Positions 24,401 through 35,900 of a stretch of DNA of 64,000 nucleotides are shown here, in pieces. Origin of the DNA: Lama guanicoe (taxonomy: Eukaryota). The translations under genes were made by a program, and so were the position numbers. The stretch is taken from contig MU054117.1 in NCBI GenBank assembly GCA_013239625.1, positions 4,925,514-4,989,513 on the forward strand. Direction: 5' to 3'. Position 1 is the stretch's first letter. Every line of letters starts with the position of its first letter. Under the pieces are notes generated by a model that saw only the letters and a program-made list of their open reading frames with translations, was not told where the DNA came from and made no database searches.

Positions 24401-27400
24401 TATGGAAAACGGTTTGGCAATTTCTTTAACAAACTAAACACGCAACAACCGAGCAATTGCATTCCTAGACCTTTATCCCAGGGAAGTAGAGATTTACGAT
24501 CACACAGAAATCTGTATACAACTGTTGATAGCAGCTTCATTCATAATAGCCAGCAACTGGAACAACCCAGATGCCCTTTAATGGGCGAATGGTTATATCC
24601 ATACCATGCACTATTTTTCAGCAGTAAAAGGAACGAACTATAGATTCAGACAACAACCTGGATGACTCTCCAGAGAATTATGCTGTGTGGGAAAAAAAAA
24701 AAAAAAGCTAATCCCCAAAAGTAACATACAGTGTAATTCCATTTATATAACATTCTTAAAATGACAAATTACAGAAATGGAGAACAGATTAGTGATTGAT
24801 TACCAGGGGTCAAGGAAGGAGGCGTCTGTGAAGGAGGAAGGGGGTTTGGCTAGAAAAGAGCAACATCCTTATGGTGCTGGAAATGTTCTGTGTTTTGATT
24901 TGTATCAATGACAATATCCTGGCCGTGATATTGGGCTATGTAGGGTTTTTTTTTTTTCTAGTTTTTGGGGGGGAGAGGTAATTAGGTTTATTTATTTATT
25001 TATTTTTAATAGAGATACTGGGGATTGAACCCAGGACCTCGTGCGTGGTAGGCACACAGTCTATCACTGAGCTCTACCCTCCCCCTGCTAGTTTTGTAAG
25101 CTATTACCTTTGGGGTGACCTGGGTCAAGGATACTCGAGATCTCTCTGCATTATTTCTTATAATTGCATGGGAATCTACAGTTATCTCAAGATAAAAAGT
25201 TTAATTTAAAAAATCACTAGGGTGAAAAAACGAGCTTTCATAATTTCAGAACACACCAAACAAAAAGAAGGAAGAAACTCCGCGTTTGTACGCTTAGAAG
25301 GATGACAAGCACATTTTGTCAAGTGGAAAGCAAGCTATGCATGTGATACGGTCCCATGTGAATTTAAAAATTCAGTGCCTGTGACTATATGTCTTCATGG
25401 ACAAAGAAAAAAACATGGAGGAATCCACATCAAATTGTTTCCAGTAGTGTCAGGAGGGTGGGCCAAGGGAGCAGGGTAGTGTTGAGTCTGTATGATTTTT
25501 GTAGTTCAAATAACTAACCTAAAAAGTAACGATTATCTTAACACAACGTTATGTATTTTTCAAATTATTTATTAAAAAATTTTTTTTGAACAGGGACTTT
25601 TATTGATTTAGGTTTTTTGTTGGGGGATACGTAACGAGGTTAATTTACTCATTTATTTTTAGAGGAGGTACTGGGAATTAAACCCAGGACCTTGTGCATG
25701 CTAAGCATGCGCTCTACCACTTGAACTATACCCTCCCACCCTTAACACAACTTTGAAAATGTATACTCATGAATGTTTCCCTTTCATGAAAAATTATTTC
25801 TAAATATCATTTTTAGTGCTAACCTAATAGTCCATCAAGTCAATATACTGTGATATATAGCCATCGTCATTTTGTGTAATGTTGTCCTCTGTTAACAACA
25901 CTGTAATTATTTTTGTACCTCCATTTGGGCTTGCATTTTAAAATTATTGTTTTAAGGATAAAGTTCTAGAAATGGAATTAAGGATATGCACTTTTAAAAA
26001 TAGTTGGTGTATATGGCAAGATCTCTTCCAGGAAGGTTCCACCCACTTACAGTAAATCTAGATAATAGTGTCCCCATGTGCCTCTCCCCACAGCACCCTT
26101 TGGCACTGAGCAGTATTATCTAAAACTTCTTTTTTTTCGCTAATTTGATGGTTGAAAAATATATCACAGTTGTTTTAATTTGCATTTCTATGATCTCCTG
26201 TGAGACTGGAACAATGTCCTCCTTTCTAAAAATTCTTACCTCTTTTGTGTCAATGTTTTTCTTCTGTTCCTGTGATATGATTTTCCTCCAGAACAGCCCC
26301 TCTTCCCAACTTCCTGATCTTCCTGACTCTTCCAATTTCTGAACCCCAGAGTCAGGTATTTTTCTCTACTTCAGTCCCTGGTTTCCCATCAGTCACTGAC
26401 TATGGCCATTCCTTCCCATGGAAGTGTTCCTCTGTTTCATCTCCTCTGTTCTCATGGAAATACCACCATCACGAGCCAAGGCCACATAGCTCTCACCTGG
26501 ATTACAGTGGAAGCTTCCTGACCATTCTCTCTGCTAGTCTCTGCTACCTTGATTCCCTTACACCTACTGCAGCCCTGGCTTCCAAAGTGATGCTTTGCAC
26601 CTGTCACTCCTTCGCCCATTAGATTAAGCCTGGAAGCCTCTGCCAGACTGTCACCTCCTCAGCATCTCTTCCTGCAGCTCCGCTGCCGGGAACCTCCACA
26701 CCCGGATGTTTTCCTCCCTGCCTTGAGCTGGTTGCCTGTACTACTTTCCTGGAGCTTTTCCTCCTTCCTAGATGTCCCTGCTGCTCCCCTTGCCTCTAGT
26801 CTGCTGCCTGTACTCCTTTTAGGGCTTAGTTCAATACTGGTCTCCTCCACGAAATGATCCCAGACTCACCCATACTCTTAGACCTTTCACAGAGTGCTGT
26901 CACTTTTACAAAGTGTGGAACGGTCTGCACAAGGGGATCATGATGAGCCCAGAAGACGTTTTAAAAGGGAAGCAAGGAGGAAAAGTTACTTTAGGGAAAG
27001 GGTGATATGTCTCATTTTGAACCAACTGAGTTTGGAGTGACGGCAGGACACCCAGAAGAAGTTGTCTCTTGGGCCACTGGAATGTGGGCCCAGAGTGAAG
27101 GAGAGAGGCTGGGGCTGGGAGTCACCTGCGGAGCTGACAGAGGATGCTGTGGAATTTAGAATGTCTACAGAGATGGGGAAGAGGATCCAGAACAGAGTCC
27201 AAGGTGGCATCTAACGGAGATAGCAGAACAGGAGTGCCAGATGAAGACAAGGGAAGGGTGCTTAGATATGCAGGAGAGAACCCAAGGAGGCAAGAAGGAG
27301 GCAGAACCAGAGAAGGCTCTCCCTCAAGAAGCATGGTAGATTGTGAAAGGACTGTAGTAGGACTTCAGAAAAACTGGGGAGCTAGCCAGCGCGTAGACCC

Positions 27401-30400
27401 AGGGGAGAGAGCAGGTAGGGTAGGGACTCCTGTAGGATAGATGGAAGGGGAGGTGGGTGAGGGCTGGAGGGAAAGCTGGGGTTGGGTGTGAGCCCAGGGC
27501 TACGGGTTATCTGGAAAGGTCTCCTGGAGAGGATGAGCCTAAGCAGTGGGAAGGGGCTGGGAGGTCTGGAGGAGGGGAGAAGGGAGGATGAAGGCTGATA
27601 ACTCCTCTCCTCATCAAGGCCAAAATAGGGAGAGCAACAATGACCTCTCGGGGGGGGAGTGCCAGGGGGTTGAGGTGGGGGGCTTTCTCTCTGCTGCCTT
27701 CACCCCATCCCTCCAAACATGCATTCCAAGGAAAAGGCCATGTGTTGGCTACGTGAACTCAGCTTCTAAAGCCCTCCTCTCCAGGAATCCTGGAGCTGCT
27801 GCTGTACCCAGAAAATTTCAGCTGAAGAGAAGAGCTTCTTCTTGGTGATGGTTGTTAGTTTTAAGGAGGACACTGGAGGAGGCCACATGTCCGTGCCTGA
27901 GGAACTTTCCAGAGACAGTACTGTACTGTGTACCCAACAGGCCTGAATTTTGATCCTGGTTCCACCACTTACTGGAGTCAAAATCCGAAAGGTAGAAATG
28001 GGCAAGTGAAAAGCCCCTCCCACAGCCGTCTCAGGGTGTTCACTTCCTCTCTCCAGGGACTGCCAAGGTGACCATCATCTTACGTTCACCTCTAGAAATA
28101 CTTGTTTATAGACATGGCAGGATGGATAGGTAGATAGATGACAAATAACCTTCTCCCTCCTTTTAAAACAATGGTAGATATTGCTTTATTCAGTTAGTGA
28201 TGTTTCTTGGATATTATTCCATCTCAGTATATAAAGACCCTCCTTTACTGATTGCATCGCACTGAATGGCTGACCTCTGATCTATTTAACCTCTCCCTTC
28301 CTGGTGGACATTTAGTTCTGTATGTGCCTCTATAATTCTGGTAGCTATTCCAAATTACCTTCCAAAGAAATTGTACTGGTTTATGCTTCTTTTGATAATA
28401 TGTAAGCAAGAGTTTGGGCGACACCTTAATTCTCTGAGCCTCAGTTTCCTTATCTGCAAGATAAACAAAACAGCACATGTTGCTTTTTAAAAAATTATTA
28501 TTATTTAAAAAAAATTTTATTGACGTACAGTTGACTGACAATGTCATATTCGTTTCCTGTGTACAGCATGGTGATTCGATTGTTTGAGATGATGCATATA
28601 AAGTATTTGGCACGTAGGAGTTGGTGCTCCCTAAATGAGGATATTATTTTATTTGGGATTAGTGAGATATTGTCCTGGCCAGGTAAATGAATGTCCTGGG
28701 ACCTCCTCGCCAGTCTGGGGTTCTCAGATTAGGACGAGGGGCAGATTCTGCCAGAAATTGGCAACTCAGATCAGAAGAGTTGTGGGCACTGCCCTGGCCA
28801 GAGGTGCTGGGTCTCCAGGGTACCACAGCCTCCTCCATATGGTGTTCTCTCCCAGGTGCCTCCAAGCTGCGCGCTCGCGTAGAATCAAAAAAAAACCTGT
28901 GGGACCAAGGATCCTTTCCTCTGATCATCAAGGATCTTGAAGTAACAGACTCTGGGACTTACATCTGTGAAGCGGGGGGCAAGAAGACAGAGGTGGAGTT
29001 GCTGGTGTTCAGACGTGAGTGGGGCAGGCCTGGGACAAGGACGCCTCCAGCCAGTCTCCCTTCTGCCTTGACTCCCAGCCCTGTACCCAAACCAGGGCCT
29101 GAGCCGGTGGCACCCTAATGTCCAGAGACTGATCAGACAGGCTACCATGTCTCCTCAAACCCTTCTCAGGCCTTGGGTCGGGCAGAGGGAGACAAAGAGA
29201 CCTGGGATGAGGGATGGAGTGGGGAGGAAGGCAGGAGACAGAGAAAGAGGCACGAGAGACAGGGAAGAGGGGAGTGGAGGGAGAGGGAAACCCTGCCTTG
29301 GATGGGGGCGGGCAGAAGGGACAGAAGGGTGATGCTGGGACGGAGTAATGGAGAGACACTTTGGGTTTCCTGGCTTCTTCTCTTCTCCTGGGGGTAGTGT
29401 GTGTGTGACACAGGCGGCCTGCTCCCTCCACAGTGACTGCCAGCTCCGACCGCGTGCTGCTGGGGCAGAGCCTGACCCTGACCTTGGAGAGTCCCTCCGG
29501 TAGTAACCCTTCAGTGCAATGGAAGGGTCCGGGGAACAGAAGCAGGAAGGAGGGCAAGAGCCTGTCACTGCCCCAGCTGGGGTTGCAGGACAGCGGCACC
29601 TGGACGTGCACCGTCTCCCAGGACCAGCAGACACTGGTGTTCACCAGGAACATCCTGGTGCTGGGTGAGAGGCGCTCCCCTCCCCTGCAGGCTCCCCCTG
29701 CCTTGGTGGCTGACAGACCCTCCCTCGGCTCTCACTGCTCTGCTCCTGGGTTGGGGTGGGGGGGGACAGAGAGAGGCCAGTGCCAGGGCCCCCTAGAGCG
29801 GAAGTCTGTCCTGAGGGGTATGCTGGGTCCTCTCTTCCTCAAGGAGCTGATTTACACTCACCTTTCAGGGTAGTGGACCCTGAGGAAGGAAGGGACAGAG
29901 GCGGTAAGGATGTGAGGGGCTCCAAGATCCCCAGAGGAGTCCCCAGAGGACGAAATTCAAGCGCATCTATCTTCTTTGTTGCCTCAGCTCCCTGCCCCCC
30001 AACCAAGTTGGCAATCCACTAACTCAGGGACACTAATGGCAGCAAGCTAGCTCTGATGAAATTTGATGTCGCATCTTCAGAATCCTGAGCTAGGTGCTGT
30101 GAGGGAAACCCAGGGCCCAGAAGGCAGGCTCTGCCCAGATCCTGTCCTCTGGGTGCTTCTGTGACACACAGTACAGTAGTGCAGTGGGGAAGTGCGTGGA
30201 CTCTGGTTAAAATCCTGGCTCTGACTTAACCATGTGGCCTGGGGCAAGTTGCTGAACCCCTCTGGGCTTTGGTTTCCGCATCTGGAAAGCAGGGATGGTG
30301 GAGCCTACTTTATCATGTTATGGGGAGAAGTAAACTATGGAAGGCACGTGGTCAGCCCGATTCAAGTATCTGCTCTTATCTTGTGAGGCTGATAAATTAT

Positions 30401-33389
30401 GTATCCAAGTGGCGCAGGCCCAGTGCCCTCTGTGCTCCAGGATCCAGAAGACGGAGAGGCCCCTTTGGCTGGACTGTTCCAGGAGGGCTTCTAGGAGGAG
30501 GAGGCACTGCCACGGGACCCCCTGGGATGGGAGATGAGAGAGGAGATAGAGAGGTAGAGGGGCATTTAAGGGCCTGAATGGTAGCCTCGGTGTTTGGACT
30601 CACCCGGTCCCCTTCCATCTCCGGGCTGCCCCCACAGCGTGCCTGCCCTGCCCTGTATGGACCCAGGTTCTCTCCCCTCCCCGCTCCAGCCTTCCAGAAG
30701 GTCTCTAGCACAGTCTATGTGAAAGAGAGGGAGCAGGCGGTGTTTTCCTTCCCACTCACCTTTGAAGACGAAAGCCTGAGTGGGCAGCTGATGTGGTGGC
30801 CGGCGAAGAGGGTTTCCTCCTCCGAGTCCTGGATCACATTCTCCTTGAAGAACATGAAGGTGTCTGTGGAAACGGTTCACAAGGACCTCAAGCTCCAGAT
30901 GAGGGAGAGGCTCCCGCTCCATCTCACTCTGCCCCAGGCTTTGCCACAGTGCGCGGGTTCTGGAAACCTGACCCTGGTTCTCACCCAGGGGAAGAGGAAG
31001 TTGCATCAGGAAGTGAACCTTGTGGTGATGAGAGGTGAGGAGCAAGGCTGAGATGGGAGGGCAGGACAGGCCCCGACAAGGACGCCTAAGCCCTGCCTGC
31101 CTGATGGAGCTGATCAAGGGCCCTCTGGTTTGGGGGCTGGTTTTGAACTGAGGCTGGAATCCTCTGTCCTTCCCTGACATCCAAGAGCCAGCCTAGAGTG
31201 GGCGCCACTAGAACTCCCAAGGGCAAGTGCTGAGAACCAGGTTCTAGTTCCGCGTCTATCCAGACCGCTCTGACCCCAACTCAGCCCCGCCCCCCTGTGG
31301 GTTTTCTTTCTCCTAAAGAGGATAACGAAATCTGCTCTTTGTATGACACTGCTGATGCTAAGGTTAGGAGCTACACGGAGGCCTGCACATCCTTATCTCC
31401 TTCGTCATCATAATAACCTCTCAGATAATAACGGCGAAGACTGGGTGCTTAGTACATGCCAGGCCCCACTCAAGAGCTTTATATATTATTTGTCCTTTTA
31501 AATTATCATCTGGGGCTCAGGTTGGTAAGTAACTTGCTCAGGGACACACAGATAGTAAGCAATGGGGCTGGGATTCAAATCCAACACTGCTGAACCTCAA
31601 AAGCCGCATCCCCTCTCTTAAAACTGCATGAAAATGTGCTCTGAGAGGCTGAAAGAGGGGTGCTGGTGTAAAGCATCATTTTGATTGTTCTGCAGAATCC
31701 CCTTAGAGCACGGAGGTGCTGGGAACCCAGGGGCCCAGGCTCCCAGCCTCAGGCTCTTGTCTCTCTGCAGTGACTAAGTCCCAGAACAGTTTGATCTGTG
31801 AGGTGCTGGGACCCAAGTCCCCCGAGCTGACACTGAGCTTGAAGCTGGAGAACCAGAGCGCGAAGGTTACAAATCAGCAGAAGCTGGTGACGGTGCTGGA
31901 CCCTGAGGCAGGGATGTGGCAGTGTCGACTGAGTGACAAGGACAAAGTCCTGCTGGAATCCAAGATCGAGGGTGAGTGAGGGTCCAGGTTCCATGTCTGA
32001 ACCCTGAGCTTCTGCCTCGAGGGCTGCAGGACCCTCCCAGGGCTGTGACCACCCACCCACCTAGTTCCTCTGAGATGAGTGGGTTATAGGCAGGTGCCTG
32101 GACACAGGAGTCCAGGTGAGGGGAGGTGGGGTGTGGTCCTAGGCTCTTGCAGTCCTGTAAGTTCCCACCTCCCTAAGCTGTACAACCCAGGAACGGGGCC
32201 CACCTGGCCAAGAGCCCTCCTCCCTGGCTCCTCTTCAAACCCAGACACACACACATCCCCGCCCCCCCGCCCCCACATACACAGACACGCATGCGCACAG
32301 CACACTGCCTGGACTGCAGCTTCTGGCTCCCTGGGGTGCCCTGTAGTCCCAAACCTTGAAACCACTTCCCCAGCCTTTCCCTTCAAGCCCTGGTGGACGG
32401 CCCTGAGCATCCTGCCCATTCTTCCAGCCCAAGGATCAGACTAAAGTGCAGCTGGGCAGCAAAGCCTTCCTCGGGCCCTCCACGGTGCCCTGTGCCCTAC
32501 CGGAGGGCAGTGAGCTCACACACCTCTCTCTCTTGCAGTTTTGCCTCCCGTGCTCACCCAGGCCTGGCCAAAGCTCCTGGCCTTCGTGCTGGGCGGCATC
32601 ACAGGCCTCCTGCTTCTCACGGGGTTCTGCGTCCTCTGTGTTAAGTGCTGGCGCCGCAGGGTGAGTGAGCCTCCTCAGACCCCCTCACACCCCACGGGGA
32701 GCTCGAGCCCTGGAGGCCTGTCCAGCAGCAAGGGTACCCTGGATCTGTGACCTGCTTCTGCTCCGGCTCCCGCTGCCCACCGCCGAGCTCCCTCACTGCA
32801 GGCTGGGCCCTGTCCCAGGTCCCATGCGGAGGGAAAGACAGGAAGGAGCAGAGGGAATTCTGGGACAGATGGCCACAGGCACTGCCTCTCCCCTCTCAGC
32901 CCTCCCCACTCCCCCCTCCAAGGGGCAGCTCCCTTTCGGAGGCCTGGGACCCTCATGACCCCTCTCCTTCTCCCTGGACAGCGCCAGGCAGAGCGGATGT
33001 CTCAGATCAAGAGACTCCTCAGTGAGAAGAAGACCTGCCAGTGTCGCCAGTAAGGAACTGAGGGGCAGAGAGGAAAGGGAGGGGCATGTGGGGGGAGGGG
33101 AGGAGATGGGGGCTACAGGGAGGTGAAGAGAGGTGAGAAGGGGGCAGGGGTGGCCCAGGAGGTAGGAAACAGGTAGAGGTGGGGGACAGAGGTGAGGGCC
33201 AGCAGGCCTGGGTATGTCTGGATATGGTACCCTGGCTGTGGCACTGGAGGCCATCCCTGCACTGGAAGAGAAAGTTGGGGTCTGGGAGCCATGGAGGCCC
33301 CAGGCAACAAGGAGCTGGGGAGGAACAGATTTGCTCCTCTTTTTCTTTGCCCCTCCAGCCGGCTCCAGAAGACCTATAATCTCACTTGA
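18430..33389 (+). CDS. CD4: T-cell surface glycoprotein CD4, 456 aa
   Basis: Coding exons 18430-18478, 18611-18775, 28856-29014, 29434-29664, 30690-31034, 31771-31971, 32539-32660, 32982-33049, 33359-33389 (1371 nt, in frame). Signal peptide [16 protein letters not shown]; four Ig domains; TM; CVKC; SQIKRLL; Lck-binding CQC. Confidence 0.98.
19327..19477 (+). mobile_element. tRNA-derived SINE (Vic-1-like)
   Basis: gtatagctcaggtggtagagcac...gtcctaggttcaacc followed by an A-rich tail. Confidence 0.85.
19560..19669 (-). mobile_element. tRNA-derived SINE (Vic-1-like)
   Basis: gaggtactaggaattgaacccaggacc...ctaccactgagctataccctccc. Confidence 0.85.
20441..20571 (-). mobile_element. tRNA-derived SINE (Vic-1-like)
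   Basis: Same consensus; TSD agtaacattattttt on both sides. Confidence 0.85.
21620..21766 (+). mobile_element. MaLR (MLT1-like) LTR 3' fragment
   Basis: cttataaggacattaatccc...ttacctcccaaagg...ttagggcttcaacatatgag...gggacacagttcagtccatag. Confidence 0.55.
23686..23818 (-). mobile_element. tRNA-derived SINE (Vic-1-like) nested in L1
   Basis: ggaggtactggggattgaacccaggacc...ttgagctataccctcccc. Confidence 0.85.
24945..25085 (-). mobile_element. tRNA-derived SINE (Vic-1-like) nested in L1 3'UTR
   Basis: gatactggggattgaacccaggacctc...cactgagctctaccctcccc. Confidence 0.85.
25612..25741 (-). mobile_element. tRNA-derived SINE (Vic-1-like)
   Basis: gaggtactgggaattaaacccaggacc...ctaccacttgaactataccctccc. 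Confidence 0.85.
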
Positions 33390-34866
33390 GGCCCCGGCCA
33401 GGAGGAGGTTCCACCTGCAGCATCCCCAGCTGTCTTCCCCTGCCTTCCTGGGCCTGCAGACCAGATGAATGTAATCCACTGAGTGCCTCTGGCCACCCCC
33501 TGCCCTCCTCTTCCATTGTAGGCCTTGGTTCTCCTCTTCCAGAGGCTCGCTGGCACCCTCTCTTCCCCATCTCCTTTTTGCTCAAACTCTGGCCCTTCAT
33601 TGATTTCTTCTCGACTCTCTCCCTCACTGCTCACCTGGATCACAGAGGCGCATGTGGGACCAGCCCTGCCTGGCCTGGAGGGGGAGGCTGGGTGTCTGAA
33701 GCACGAAGCACAGGCCTGTCACTGTACGGGAGGAGACCCTGGGACCAGAGGCGGCAAGGACTAGCCCCAGATCACACAAGCAGTCAAGGAGAGTTCAGGA
33801 TCCAAAGGCTTCGGACTGCCAGCCTGCTCTGCTCCATTCTACCTGTCTCCCCCTGCGTTGGCAGAAACACAGATTCACATCCTTACCTGACACAGACAGG
33901 CACCCAGGCACGCTTGTGCGCACACACAACTCCATATCACCCAAGCAGCACGGCTCGGTTTATAAACCAGTTTCACATCCTTTGTCTATTTGAACCTCAT
34001 GGACATCCTACAAGGCTGGTGGTGACAGGATCGAGATTAGCATCTCCAGCTGACAGACTGGAAATGGAACTCAGAGAGGGCAGATGATAGCCCTGGTTCA
34101 CACAGCCAGTAAGTGGACTAGCCAGGACTCCAGCCCTCTAGTTCCACTGCTGTCTCTTGAACACGGGGACAAATACCACACAGATCTCTGCAGCTGGCTA
34201 GTCATAGATGCCCAGCATGTACTTGGATTCACAGGAGCCCTCCAGCACAGGGAGGTTGCCTCAGAGAGTTCAGGAACCTGCGGGAGGGCCGCCCTGCCTC
34301 ACCTGCTGGCAGCCTCCCTGTTCCCAGGGCACAAAACCGGCAGTTCTCCTAATTAGGACACAGGCTGGGAGCACAGGGCCTGTGGGGGAGAGTGTCCAGC
34401 GACCCACTACTCACCTTGTGCAGAACCTTCTGGAAGGTGAACTTTGCCAGAGAGAAGGGGTGGGGAGCTGGCCAAAGACTGAACCCTCTGAGGGGACCTC
34501 CTGTGAAGGCTGACAGCCCTGGGCCTTGGTCCCCCTGCCCTGCACCCTCCTTCATCCCTCTCCCAAACCACTCAGGACACAAGAAAATTGGGGTTCCAAG
34601 TTTTCTTCTTCCTCCTCTCCTGATCCATTTCTCTCAGGACCCCCAGCTCCTCTGTCTCTCTCTCTCCCTTCCCTTCCTCACTACCTCCTGCAGTCCCTAC
34701 CTCCTTTTCCTTTTCCCTTCTTTTCCAGCTTGCCTCTTCCAGGAAGAACACCCAGCTGCCGTCAGGGCTCCCCATGGCTTGCTCTGTATTCCTGCCCACT
34801 CCCCACCCCTGCCTTCCTGTGCTGAGAGAAAAATACAACATACTTACAGTAAAGAAGATGCTGTTC

Positions 34867-34901
34867 TGTGTGTGTGTGTGTGTGTGTGTTTGTGTGTGTG
34901 T
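34867..34901. repeat. (TG)n microsatellite
   Basis: tgtgtgtgtgtgtgtgtgtgtgtttgtgtgtgtgt. Confidence 0.9.
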
Positions 34902-35449
34902 ATGAAAGAGAGAAAGGGAGAGAGAGAGACAGACTCTTCTCTGGAGACCTGGAAGCTTCTGATCTTTGGGATCAGATCCAGAGGGGGAGAGGTTGCCAGT
35001 CTCGTTCAGAAAGGAGATGGAATTTCCCTAGAGAGGGAAAAATCCTTTGGAGACTGATTACCCACGTCCCCACCCCAAAGGGCCCTGAGTGTGCGGTGGG
35101 TGTGTGGCAACTGAGGGAGAGAGACTGCAGGGCTGTGTGCTCTACTCATGAGAAACTGCGATGCGTGTGGGAGAAATGTGTGTGTCCCCAACACCAGTGT
35201 GAGTTTGTGTTCCAGGAAGAGGCAGCGGTGTGTATGGGGGGATGCATTCTTCTAGCCCTGTGTACCCCCATCCCACAAGCAGCCTGGCCTTCATCCCCAC
35301 CGCCCCTCACTCCGCACAGCCTCCAGCACCTGCCCGTGGAGCTACACCCCAGGCACAGCCCTTACAGACACACTCACTGCCTCCCCAACACCAGCTGCCT
35401 CCTCGAGCTTGTGTTCGTGAGGAAAACGGGGTGGGGTGGGGGCAGGACA

Positions 35450-35900
35450 CCAGCCGGTTCGCCAATGAAGCCGGTTCCCCGCTGTCCTCCTCGCCCCCTC
35501 CCTCCTGGCGCCTTCCTCGCCCCTCCCCCTCCAAGTCCCCACCGTGCGGTCCCCCGCCCCGCCAAGCTGGCCTCCATCCCGACCCGGGGCGGCAGGCGGC
35601 GGGCGGCGGGAATCCGCGAGAGAGGGGCTCGGAGAGACCTAGTGGGGCCGAGCCCGAGAGGCTGGGACGTGCGGGAGGAGGGAGGCCCGGAGGGCGGAGG
35701 GAGGGGGGAGGAGGACGGCGAGCTGGAGCCGGCAGGCGGCGGGAGCCCGGGCGAGCCGCGTCGGGAGTGCGCTCTCCAAGGCAGTGCTGGGCGCAGCCCG
35801 AGGTAAGGCGACCCCGGCCCTGCCCCCCGCGGTCCCCTCCCCACTGCCCCCGCTGCCTCCTCTCCCCTCGGGCCGGCCCTTCCTTCCCAGCCACCTGCTG
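35450..35900 (+). promoter_or_regulatory. CpG island, probable GPR162 promoter and non-coding exon 1 (donor at 35803)
   Basis: High CpG density, GC boxes (ggggcgg, gggcggag), strong donor GAG|GTAAGG; probable acceptor cccttgcag| at 37343. Confidence 0.65.

Larger units (their letters stand above)
21775..25215 (+). mobile_element. Degenerate L1 (L1M/L1MC-like), internally deleted, in CD4 intron 3, interrupted by two SINEs
   Basis: A-rich; ORF2 C-terminal remnants ([23 protein letters not shown], cagacatttcaccaaagaggac, gaaatgcaaattaaaaccacaatgagg); 3' end gaatctacagttatctcaagataaaaagtttaattt; many stops and frameshifts. Confidence 0.85.

Noticed and set aside
29519..29521. CD4 D2 Cys>Trp as a novelty in itself
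   Set aside because: Loss of the D2 disulfide is already known in several non-primate mammals; it is only notable together with the D3 Cys.
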